Assembly: GCA_964016885.1 (NCBI GenBank)
Contig: OZ024740.1
Span: 96,782,001-96,846,000 of the forward strand
From: Eledone cirrhosa
Taxonomy: Eukaryota
Reading direction: 5' to 3'
DNA length: 64,000 nt
The notes under the pieces were generated by a model, which saw nothing but the letters and a program-made list of their open reading frames with translations, was not told where the DNA came from and ran no database searches. This document shows positions 53,151-64,000 of this stretch, piece after piece. Positions within the stretch are counted from its first letter, which is position 1. Each line of letters starts with the position of its first letter. Position numbers and translations under genes: made by a program.

Positions 53151-53379
53151 CGTTAGTCCCAGAGAGACATCATTACCTAATTCTTGTTTAAATCTTAATA
53201 AACGATGCGTGTTTCGGGGTTAGGAAACGGCTCTTTTCTTATTAGGAATAGTACAGCAAAAATTCCTGCATGGATATGTTGCCAGGAAGTTCCAGAGTGA
53301 GAGTAATATAGATAAGGAAAGTAGTCTATCTTGGATCGACAACTGCTATATTGGCACCCACTTTGAAGGATACGATTTT

Positions 53380-54045
53380 GCAATCCAAGAACAGGAGATT
53401 AACATGAAATACCTGATTCATAATAGAGATAGGGATGCCGGCAACACACCTAGATGTGATAATAAGTGCAGACTCTGCAGAACTAACACCGAGGATATCA
53501 CCCATGTCATCAGCAGTTGTCCAAAGATGTCAGGGCGGTATTATCTAACTATGAGGCATGATGTAGTGGCCAAAACACTGTACAATGCAGTTCGTAAAAA
53601 GGATAGCCCCGATAATAAACACATTAAAAGCTACATCAATGTGGAAGATATTAACATAATATGAAAGAGTACTGGTGGATTGTTCCAGTAAAAAACCCAA
53701 TAAAATCCAGGCATAACAGACAAGATATTATGATATGGGACAGGCAGAAGAAAGCATGCACAGTAGTGAAAATTAGCTGCCCAGCAGATGCCAATATAAT
53801 ATCAAAGATTAACGAAAACGAGAATATTTATGCAGAACTGATGAGAAATCTGCAGATACTCCACCCTGATTACACCTTCAGATTTAAGCATGTGATTATT
53901 GGGGCACTGGGGTATGTTAGTAACTGCCTCTATACAAATCTTGAGAAGCTAGGCTTCACAGGAACAGAAAGAATACAACTAAGTACAATCCATTAATGGA
54001 ACAGTAAAAATATGTAAAACATTCCAAAAATGTGGCATCTAATAA
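53380..54045 (+). mobile_element. R4/Dong-like LINE C-terminus with restriction-like endonuclease; degraded second copy at ~54860-55230
   Basis: QEQEI, CRLC...EDITHVISSC, RHD, HNRQDI..D..VVKISCP, IIGALG, interrupted by a frameshift. Confidence 0.8.
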
Positions 54046-54285
54046 CTGCATATACACATGTACAGATGCAAAGCATATACACATGCACACATACAACTGA
54101 AAACATACACATCCACACATACAATAACAACCATATCTACACAAGCATGCATACATATATTATCTACCTAATTGATGTTGTGTAAATTCCAATGAGAGAG
54201 TATTGTGTCTATGTTAGAAACCGACTCTCTCTTTATTTGAAAAAAATTTGTGAAATTATAAAACCAAAAGAACACACATACACAT

Positions 54286-54830
54286 ATGGTGGCTGCCAAC
54301 TTGTTTTCGAGTACGGCCACTACTTTATATCCATGTAGGAGAACCCCTACCGATGCGCTGAACGAGTGTGTCTTTTTAGTCCAGACAGCGACTTGAAAAC
54401 TCTGGTACAAATACTACACTTGTGACAATTATTGACACATAGTGCTGGGCCCATAGTACCATGTGACGACAAGTGCAGAGAGATCTCCAGATATAAAGCA
54501 AAGCCTGTGCCGTGAAGCTTTTATAGTGATCAAAGGCATTGCACAAAGCCAGTCTCACTCTCTTAACCAAGATGATGTTTACCAAAAAGAAGAACAAGTC
54601 AACATCATTGGATACTATCAGGGTTGCAAGTGTTATATCATAGTTTCCATCTCCTAGAATTCTGCCTTGACAAAGGCTAAGGGGTCATCTCTCCCGGTGA
54701 TTTTGGATGGCCATTGACTCTTAAGAGCTCCTTTGCCCTTTGACAGGTTTTGTTTTTAGTCCAGCAGGATATCTGGTCGTTGGCGACTAAACTGGCCACT
54801 CCACCAAGGTTTCTTCGTGAGGAGGGTGAC
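54286..54830 (-). mobile_element. Non-autonomous RTE-derived element with a 5' inversion
   Basis: Homolog of 12156-12584. Segment ~54772-54830 matches 12755-12810 on the opposite strand relative to the rest of the element. Confidence 0.72.
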
Positions 54831-55644
54831 ATATATCCATACATACATCGATACATATGTGAGGCATGGTGTAGTAGTCAAAACACAATACAATGCAATC
54901 TGTAGAAAGAATAGTACTGAGAATAAACATCAAATGTTACAATGTTGTGGGAGATATAAGCATACGTAATATAAAATAGTGTTGGACGAATCTTCCAGTG
55001 AAAGCTACAATAAAATGCAAACACATCAGTCCAGACATAGAAGTATGAGACAGATTACAGAAAGTAACCACAGAAGTAGAAATCAGCTGCCCAGCAGATA
55101 CTAATATAATTGTTTCTACTTTTATATAATGTTAGATATTAACGAGAAGCAAAATATTTATGCTGAATTTGCGGATACTGAACTCTGACTATATCTTTAG
55201 ATTAGAACTGTGATCACTGGAATATATTACTACCTGCGTCAGTTCAAATACCCCCCCTCCCACACACACTTTCTCTCTGTTGGTGAAAATGAATAAAATG
55301 ATAAAATCAGAAGGGTAAACATGCAGATATACATACATTCATGCATACATATATGTTTATTTGAAGTATAATAGTAAGTATATGCCTATTATTGAGAATA
55401 CCACAGATTTAGCTTTTTCGTGACGTTATCGCTTTTTCAAATGTGTTTTTTTAAATAGTTATCAGTATATTTTATGTATAGTTTGAAACAATAAAATTTC
55501 CTAGATCCGTCAGAGTTTCAAACTTTCGAAGTCTTAGCTTATCTTGAAGAATGGGTTCATTAAGCAACAGATATATACTTTATTTTTACCGTAGTAAAAT
55601 AATTCATGGGTGTGCGGTTATATAAGTCTTTCAATATTTATTAA

Positions 55645-56035
55645 GGCGGGTGGATTGGCAGTATCGGTAGAGAGTCGGACGTCATGCTTTGACGCAAAGA
55701 GTTATGGCCCTTTCCACTCAGAGTTCAAATCCCGCCGAGGTTAACTTTACCTTTCATCCTTACGGGGGTCGATGAAATAAAGTACCAGTAATACACTGAG
55801 ATAATTGCTGGCCTTGTGCCAAAAGTAGAAACAATTATCCATTAAGGCGGGTTTGGCAGTATCTGTAGAGAGTCGGACGCCATGCTTTGACGCATAGTTA
55901 CGGCACTTGCCATTCTGATTTCAAATCCCGCCGAGGTAAACTTTGCCTTTCATCCTTACGGGGTCGATACAATAATGTACCAGTAATGTACTAGTTAATT
56001 GCTGGCCTTGGGCCTAAAGTAGAAGCAATTATTTA
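55645..56035 (+). mobile_element. Head-to-tail S1 SINE dimer
   Basis: Two complete units, 55645-55838 and 55846-56035. Confidence 0.9.
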
Positions 56036-56300
56036 TTGACGTTCATTTGATTTCCTGACAGCCGATATCAACATGCTTTCAGCGATCAAAATATGTTACG
56101 TTGTGATAAATAAAATGAGATGTCGCTAGGTGACCCTTCTCCATGTTTGCTTTGTTTCACTTTATATTCTCCTATTAGTAATATCAAGATATACTTTTTC
56201 GTTATTATATAAAATACAGTTGTGAGATCAATTAATTTATTTTCGATCCCCTTTTTTATGTGGTTGCAGTTAATGCACATGTGTATATATAACAAATATG

Positions 56301-56357
<57 letters not shown>

Positions 56358-56358
56358 T

Positions 56359-58049
56359 AAGTTTCTTTTATTTGCCACTAGGGCATCAAAAGTGGGACAA
56401 GTACAAAGGGGGGAGTTTACACAAAAAGGCGTCCTCAATAAGGAGGAGGCAATAACAAAATATAAAAATAAAATAAGATATAACAAAAAATAAAATTTTT
56501 AACAAAATCCTCAATAGAGAGGAGGCGCCTTGGGGGGTCGCACACACCCCCGAAAAAAGTGTGCAACCCTTTTCCTCAGGAGCACAGAGAGGGGGTGCTC
56601 CCTCGTTCCTTCCTCTTTTCCACCTACAGGCTTATGTAAAGAGAAGGCCCATTCACACGGGCCATTCTCGCCACTTTCACCCACCTTTCATAAAAACGAC
56701 TGGGGTGCAGCACCTCTCTCTCCATCCTGATCCTTCTTCCGGAATGATATCGGAAGAAACGGACCAGTTGTTGGCCAGAGAGAAAGGTGCCTGACCTCAG
56801 TCCTTTCAGACGCGTCCACCATACAACCTCTTTCGCCATGGCTATTACGCACAGAAACACCGCCTCTGCTTCATCTTTGAAGGGGGGAGGCGGCTTGATC
56901 ATTACAATAGACTCGGTGGTCAACCGGATCGGTCCCACCCTTGACAGCAGTTGTTCGACATAGCCCCACAGATCGGCTACGCCCGAGCAGTGTACTAATG
57001 CGTGTGCAACGGTTTCCTCGTCGCACACGCATCTGGGACAGATCTTTTTGGCGGGGTCCCTACCCGGGCGCCCGTGTCTGTAGAGCCTTTCTCGAACGGG
57101 TAAAGCCCCTCGGTAGCACTGCCAGGCCAGGGACTTCTGGAAGTTGTCCATAGGTCCCGGGCTGAATGTCCTACCGAACAGGCTGGCCAGTTCGTCCTCC
57201 TCCATGTCTAGGGCTTCTCCGAGGGCGTCGTCGCACCTGCTGCGTACCAGCCCTCTATAGAATGTTGCGGTGGAGTCTCCACTGATAACCGGATCCGCCT
57301 GCCAGAGGGCGGTGAGCGCCTGGGCACACTCAGTGTGCCAGGCGCCCAGTTTTCTCGGTCTTTGCTTGACCCAGGATTGCAGCTCGGTGAGTGAGACGAG
57401 TCTGGGAAAGGTTCGTCTCACAAACGAGGCCCACACCGGTTGTCCGCTGAGGAATACGTAGAGGTGCCGTAGCCTTAATGCGTGTTTACGCATCATTAGC
57501 CACGGCATCCCCAGCCCTCCTTTCGAAGGGTGTTGACAGCAGATGGATCTCCTCACCATAGGAGCCCGCCTCTTCCAAAGGAATTGGAAGAGCGCGCGCT
57601 CCATCTTGGTGAGGGTTTCCCTTGGGCAGGGCACTACGGTCAGGCGGTAGTAGATGACGGACGCTATATAAGTGTTCGCCACCTCCGCCCGACCTTTCAG
57701 GGATAGTTTGCAACTGGCCCACTTCTGGGTCAGTGCAAACACCCTGTTCGTAACCTCCGCCCGGTTTTTCTCCACCTGGAGGTCCGGTCCGAACCAGACC
57801 CCGAGCAACTTCACCGGGCCCTCCGTCCAGCGTCCGACGACGCCATCAGAGGGCATCGGTCTGCCCCTCCACGTGCCGAGTTGCAAACCGATCGACTTGT
57901 CCCGGTTCAGCTTAGCCCCTGTGAACTTTTCGTACTCCTCCAGTAAGGTGCCGACCGCCTCGATTTCGGAGGCCGTCGACACCATTACTGTCACATCATC
58001 GGCGTAGGCTGACACCGCTTTCCGCAATCCCGGTTCCAAAGGGATGCCC
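56359..58049 (-). mobile_element. 5'-truncated young Tx1/L1-clade LINE inserted in (TA)n
   Basis: Uninterrupted ORF plus 3'UTR ending GCCCTAGTGGCAAATAAAAGAAAC, with (TA)n on both sides. Confidence 0.92.
56624..58039 (-). CDS. Tx1 ORF2 C-terminal 471-aa open frame (RT YADD to Cys/His domain); truncated, so not a complete gene
   Basis: [44 protein letters not shown], with no stops. Confidence 0.8.
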   Translation of the reverse strand: MEPGLRKAVSAYADDVTVMVSTASEIEAVGTLLEEYEKFTGAKLNRDKSIGLQLGTWRGRPMPSDGVVGRWTEGPVKLLGVWFGPDLQVEKNRAEVTNRVFALTQKWASCKLSLKGRAEVANTYIASVIYYRLTVVPCPRETLTKMERALFQFLWKRRAPMVRRSICCQHPSKGGLGMPWLMMRKHALRLRHLYVFLSGQPVWASFVRRTFPRLVSLTELQSWVKQRPRKLGAWHTECAQALTALWQADPVISGDSTATFYRGLVRSRCDDALGEALDMEEDELASLFGRTFSPGPMDNFQKSLAWQCYRGALPVRERLYRHGRPGRDPAKKICPRCVCDEETVAHALVHCSGVADLWGYVEQLLSRVGPIRLTTESIVMIKPPPPFKDEAEAVFLCVIAMAKEVVWWTRLKGLRSGTFLSGQQLVRFFRYHSGRRIRMEREVLHPSRFYERWVKVARMARVNGPSLYISL

Positions 58050-58052
58050 TAT

Positions 58053-58129
<77 letters not shown>

Positions 58130-58149
58130 TATAATATTATATGCATATA

Positions 58150-58860
58150 TAATATGTATACGTACATACATATATGTATACAGACGTACAGCGGTATATA
58201 TATGCATACATATATGCACACATATATACACGTACGTATGGGTTTACCGAACATTTATTATAATGCTCTGTTTGTTTGTAAACAAACATCCCGAATTCTT
58301 AGCCGTACAGTGTTCGGCCACTATCGTTGCCCTTTTGTTCAACACTGACAAAGGAACTATGAACTAGTTTCTAGCTTATTAGATGTCATCAGTACCGTAT
58401 ACCTTCCTATCAGTCGATTGAACGTTTGAAAGTATATACTTTCCCTATGCATATTAACGGCTGAGCAGCCTAATTTGCATATCGAGTAAGTTAGTCGGCC
58501 GGGTATACCGAAAACTATAAATGGAAAAAATGAAATTTCATTTCTCTCTCTTAGTACGGCTGATACTTAAATATAAGTATGTATACATACATACATATCT
58601 GTATACATACGTACAGTAGTTAGTATATATATATACGGCTAAACATTCGGGCTGTTTGTTTACAAAGAAACCGAGCATTATAATAAATGTTCGGTAAGCC
58701 CATACGTACATGTATATAGGTGTGCATGTATGTATGTATGTATGTATATATATATATATACTACTGTACGTCAGTATACATATATGTATGTACATATACT
58801 TACTTATATTTAAGTATCAGCCGCGTACTAAGAGTGAGAAATGAAATTTCTTTTTTTCCA
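58150..58860. repeat. Complex direct plus inverted rearrangement of a PLE-like terminal sequence
   Basis: 58225-58307 is inverted at 58635-58717, and 58527-58620 is inverted at 58760-58855. A minus-strand CTGATGA..GAAACTAGT lies at 58363-58392. Confidence 0.8.
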
Positions 58861-59107
58861 TATATATATATATATATGAATATATGTATATATATATATA
58901 TATATATATAAAGAAAAAAAATGAAATCGAAAATGCAACTGGAGTCTTATTTTTAAAAATATATATATATATATATATTTGGTTCCTTTGCCGGTTTCGC
59001 AGTTCTGTTTTTCAAAAGTAGAGCTGAGATGGATGGCCTGTGGTTTATATATATATATATGAATATATGTATGTATGTGTGTGAGTGTGTCTGTCTGTAT
59101 GTACGCA

Positions 59108-59216
<109 letters not shown>

Positions 59217-59249
59217 CGTTATATGTATGTATGTATGTATGTATGTGTG

Positions 59250-61921
59250 GGGATAAAAATGGATAAACATGTGAAGAGGACATTGCAAGAGGAGATGCAG
59301 GTTGGTGATGTTGGGGAGGATTGGCCGACCCTTAAAAAGTAGGTTTATGATGTAAGCAGGCGTGTTCTTGGATTGGTGCCGAGAAAACATCAAGACTGGT
59401 TTAATGAGAATGATGAACCTATAGAAGACTTGTTGGCTGATAAGAGGCGTGCTCTATCACGTTACTTGACGCAAAACCACAGGAGAAGAATATGTTGCAT
59501 AAGGAACTCAAGGATGTGAAATCACGTGTTAGGCGGAGTATTTCTCAGATGAACAATCAGTGGTGGAGTGAGAAGGCTGATGAGATACAAACTGCGTCAG
59601 ATTTCAATAACACGAAGCTGTTGTACAGTCTCTTGCGTGAAGTTTATGGACCGTCTTCTTCTCTGGTAACACCGCTTCGCAGCAAGGATGGCAAAGAACT
59701 TCTTCGTGACTCACAATGAATTCTACGAAGGTGGCGAGAGCACTTTCATGATCTTTTGAATCAGCCGTCTGTGGTCAATGAAGATGTGCTCAATCTCATT
59801 CCAGAAACTCCCGTGAAAGTAGCTCTCGCAGAACATCAAACACATCGAAGCTGAACAGTGGAAGGTTTCCGGGTATGGATGGCATACATGCTGAGCTCCT
59901 ACTATATGGTGGTAAGAGACTCCTGCAACATCTTCACTCTTTGTTTGGCAGGATATGGTCTAATAAATCCGTACCTGAGGACTGGAGAGATGCAGTAATG
60001 CTGGTCTTGTACAAGGGAAAGGGTAACACGATTGATTGTTGGAACTACAGAGGTATACTTTTGCTTTCTGTCGTAGAGAAAGTGTTATGTAGGGTGCTTC
60101 TGGACTGACTGCTGACACACGTTGCAGATTGTGTTCTTCTTGAAAGTCAATCTGGTTTTCGTGCTGGGCGCGGCAGTACTGATATGATCTTATCAGCTAG
60201 ACAGTTCCAGGAGGAGTTCATGGAACAAGGTTTGGATCTGTATCAGGTTTTTGTCGATCTGACAAAATCTTTCGATACTGTTAACAGAAATGCATTATGG
60301 AAGGTTCTCGAGAAACCTGGTTGCCCTGATAGGTTTCTTACTTTAGTTAGATCTTTCAATGACGACATGAAGGCTTGGGTTAATGTCGGAGGTAACATGT
60401 CGGAGCCTGTCTCAGTAAAACATGGCTTGCAACAGGAGGATATTCCAGCACCGATCCTGTTTGCCATATGCTTTGCAATGATTTTCTATATTGCATTCAG
60501 AAATTGCGAGCATGGAGTTTACATCCGATATCGAACCTCAGGCAGCATATTTTACATTAGGCGCTTTGCTGCAAAAACAAATGTATTTACATCAATCATA
60601 AGAGACCTATTGTATGCAGATGATTGCGAGCTTGTAGCGCACACAGAGAGTGATATGCAGCACATGTTAAATGCATTTTCCGATGCTTGCACTGCCCTAG
60701 GATTCACTGTCAGTCTCAAGAAAACCGTCGTCATGTACCAACCTGACCCTGGTAAGCAGTACAATGAACCAAATATCTATGTTTATGGTAAACGACTTGG
60801 AATGGTTGATCAGTTTGTCCACCTGGGAAGCACGGTCAATATATACAGCAACCTTGATAGTGAAATCCCACTCTGGATTAGGAAAGCAAGTGATGCTTTC
60901 GGAAAGCTAGAAAGGCGACTCTGGTGTCGGCAAGAAGATAGAGGTAAAGGTGTACAAGGCATGTGTGCTCTCTTCTCTTCTTTATGCCTGCGAGACCTGG
61001 GTCACATATCGACACTACCTTAAGCAATTGTAGCGATTACATCAGATGTGTCTCAGAGGGATCATCGCGTTCACTGGAGGGACCACATCAGTGATGTCGA
61101 GATTTGGAAAGCTCTATGTGTGACAGTATAGAAGCTCTTGTGCTTAAGCAAACGACTCCGTTGGAATGGTCACCTTGCCAGGATGAAGCATTCTAGAATA
61201 CCAAAACAACTCTTTTATGGAGAGTTAGTTAAAGGAAAACGACCGCCACATAAACCAAAAAAGAGGTATAAGGGTTCCGTGAAAGCCTCTTTGAAAGACA
61301 CTAACATCTCTGCTGATACATGGGAAAATCTTGCTGCTGATTGTAATAAATGGAGAATGACGGTAGATGAGGGAAACGTTGCCTTTGAGGCATCTGGAAT
61401 TGCATACGAGAAAGTAAAGCGGGATGTGAGGAAGGGCATTGCTGTTTCACTTCCAGACCGCGAAGGTCCTCTGCAGCGTCTGTGCGAGACTCTGCCTAAG
61501 CAAAGCTGGACTCAAAAGTCATCTTCGCAGTAATAAAGCAAGACCAGTGGTTGACTACCAGGCTGCTGTTGGAGATGCTACTCATCATGCTTGCCAAGCA
61601 TGTGGTAGGGAATGTAAATCAGCAGGAGGGCTCAAACAACATGCAAAAGTACATGAACTCCAACCACAGCCGTCTATTCCCAGTGAATGTTTTAGTTGCC
61701 GACTCTGTGCAAGACATTTTAGATCATTGGCTGAGCTAAAAAGCCACATTCGATCGCAGCGCTGTTAATTGCTATCGTGTGTGTGTGTGTATAGATATGT
61801 TTGTGTGTGTGCGTGTGTGTGTATATATATATTATTACTGTTGTTGTTATTATTATTGTCATTACTATTTTATTTTTATCGTTCAATGGCAATACTCGAT
61901 AACCAGGGGGCAGCCATCATG
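59250..61921 (+). mobile_element. 5'-truncated RTE-clade LINE, degraded
   Basis: WFNEND, RWREHF, PGMDGIHAE, NYRGI.LLS, FVDLTKSFDTV, LLYADD, RLRWNGHLARM..RIPKQLFYGEL, three C2H2 motifs (61439-61768). Tail TGGCAATACTCGATAACCAGGGGGCAGCCATCAT plus (GT)n. Confidence 0.93.
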
Positions 61922-63656
61922 TGTGTGTGTGCGCGCGCGCGTGTTACAATGGAATGTTTTATGCAACGTGCGAGCCTCTATAACTTCAAAGTGTGTCTTT
62001 GCTAAATAGCAATGAACCCCGATTTATAACTAGGAAATAGCCTTCAATAAACCCTGGATATAAACCTTTGAAGAGATAGCACAGCTTACCGCAATAATAG
62101 AAATGTGAGTACAAAGACGTGTGTCTGAAAATGAAGAGATCTTCAATTTCGCGCTACTCCGAGGTTTTATATATGCATATGCATGTGACTCTTACTGAGA
62201 CTAAATAGCAGGCTTTCATGGATCCCTCCTCCAAGTTTTCAATATATCTGTAGTCATGTCGAACTTCCTCCAAACTAACTTTTTCCCAGATACATGACGG
62301 ATCTCAGCATTTTCTCTTTTTTCCCTATTTTCCTATTCTCTTTTTTTTCGTTCTTTTTCTTCTCTCTTCAAAACATGGTTTCTATTCTCTGAATTTATTT
62401 TCCGCTGAAGGACTAGCGTCCGAAACGATAAGATGTTTTTGTAAATTCCTATAACCCTTTATAATGTTGTTCTTTGGTACTTTTTTTCTTGTCTCTTTTA
62501 AAATGTATGTGTGTATGTGTGCGTGTGTGTGCGTGTGTTTGTGTATGCGCGTGTGCGCTGGTGTGTGTTTTCGTTTGTGTGATCGTGTGTTTGAGTCTAT
62601 TTATGTAGGTATGTGTATTACGACCACTACTTAGCTAACTGCATTCGAACATACGAAGATATGCTGACATCTGCGTATGATTTCCTTTCGTTTTCCTGCA
62701 GGGTTTTTTATTGTTATTTTGTATTCTTCTTTCATTCCCCTCTATTCCCCATTGCTAATCTGTTCGCTCTACCATATCTCTATTGTTGATATATCAGTCA
62801 CTTCTAAGTATACTTTTCTTATAATTCTAGCCTATTATTTCCTACTATATGGGGATTTGTTTGTTTTGATTTTCGTGATTCCGTTATATTTTTCTCGTGT
62901 TTTTCTCATTAACATTTAAGACGTGTAAGTTGAAATAACTTATCTGAACCACCAGGGAGTTGAGCACCTTAACGGGAATGAATACAAGTTATTACTTATT
63001 CAAAGCATATTTCAAAAGAAAAAAAATAACAAGACTAAATAAAGTAATGTATGATTTGATCAAATGGTTTTATAAAAATATATATGTATAAATTACTGAT
63101 TGTACAAACATATCGTAATTCCAAATGTAGGTGTATACTCAACCATAATAAAATTACATTAAGTTTATCATGTCACAGATATCTTATCACCAGTTGATGC
63201 TTTGTACAGCCGCTACTCTTCGTCAGAGACCAGTAATTTTCGTGCAGCTGCTGAGGAATAAAAGACTTCTTACAAAACGTGAACAATTCATTTGGAGTGT
63301 ATGCTTATTTACTTAGGGTCCTAGCTTAACAAGCTAATTTTAATTAGCAATAACATGATTCGAAAACACAACAGCATTCAGAATCAAGGCGTGAATTGTT
63401 AATTAAAACTAGCCAGCCAAGAATTGTATTTAAAGAAGCATTCACCTTGAATAGTTTATTTTAAAACCTATCTGAAACTCAGTAAACGAGTGCTGACGGA
63501 CTGCAGTCGAATGTCTATTACACATCAACCTGATTTCCATGGATTCATATACGCTTTAAACAGAATTATATTCTCAATCACTATGACGAGAGTTATTCGT
63601 ATTACACGCAAACATATATGTACACACACGAACACACACAGTTATTTATATACATA

Positions 63657-63757
<101 letters not shown>

Positions 63758-64000
63758 GTATGTGCGTTAGTGTGTGCATGTGTGTGTATCTGTGTCTGTG
63801 CGATTGTTTGTGAGGTGTTTGTGTATTTGTGTGCGTTTATGTACTCCTGTCTGTTTTTATTACCGAGTCTCCATGTTTATTTCCCACGGGAGAGTGGCTT
63901 TACGGAAACTAGATCAATGGAATGCATAACAGATTTGAGAAAATAAGGGCCTGAGTCGATATGATCGAATAAATCAACCCAATGCCCAATAATGGCCACA

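Noticed and set aside
55645-56035. tRNA genes
   Set aside because: A and B boxes belong to SINE heads; no cloverleaf.
61439-61768. Host C2H2 zinc-finger gene
   Set aside because: It lies inside the RTE between the RT and the 3' tail and lacks TGEKP linkers.
62404-62432. HHR CTGAA-GGAC-TAGC-GTCC-GAAAC
   Set aside because: The core lacks two nucleotides and stems I and III are unconvincing; a relic at best. Similar weak relics at ~2690, ~7810, ~17450 and ~52500 were not called.

Overview
AT-rich eukaryotic (animal) non-genic or intronic DNA with no supportable host gene. The SINE families and very high (TA)n/(CA)n/(TACA)n density suggest a cephalopod such as Octopus, which is inference only. 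The window is mostly a set of transposon remnants. These include Penelope-like (PLE) RT and GIY-YIG fragments with several hammerhead-ribozyme (HHR) motifs, a complete but mutated DD37D Tc1/mariner (maT) element, and a ~13 kb head-to-tail stack of three Tx1/L1-clade LINEs plus a younger truncated Tx1 copy. Also present are an RTE LINE with three C-terminal C2H2 fingers, R4-like, HERO-like and CR1-like LINE tails, a Helitron-like STPR-repeat fragment, many tRNA-derived SINEs and several long inverted repeats. The main leads are: (1) an intact-core HHR in a ~660 bp direct-repeat-bounded, ORF-less unit (retrozyme-like); (2) a shared 3' terminal motif between the dominant SINE and the Tx1 LINEs; (3) ~0.5 kb ORF-less RTE derivatives joining a 5'UTR to an RTE 3' tail; (4) a hairpin over a splice-donor consensus between Tx1 ORF1 and ORF2; (5) foldbacks associated with HHR motifs. 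All alignments and folds were done by eye.
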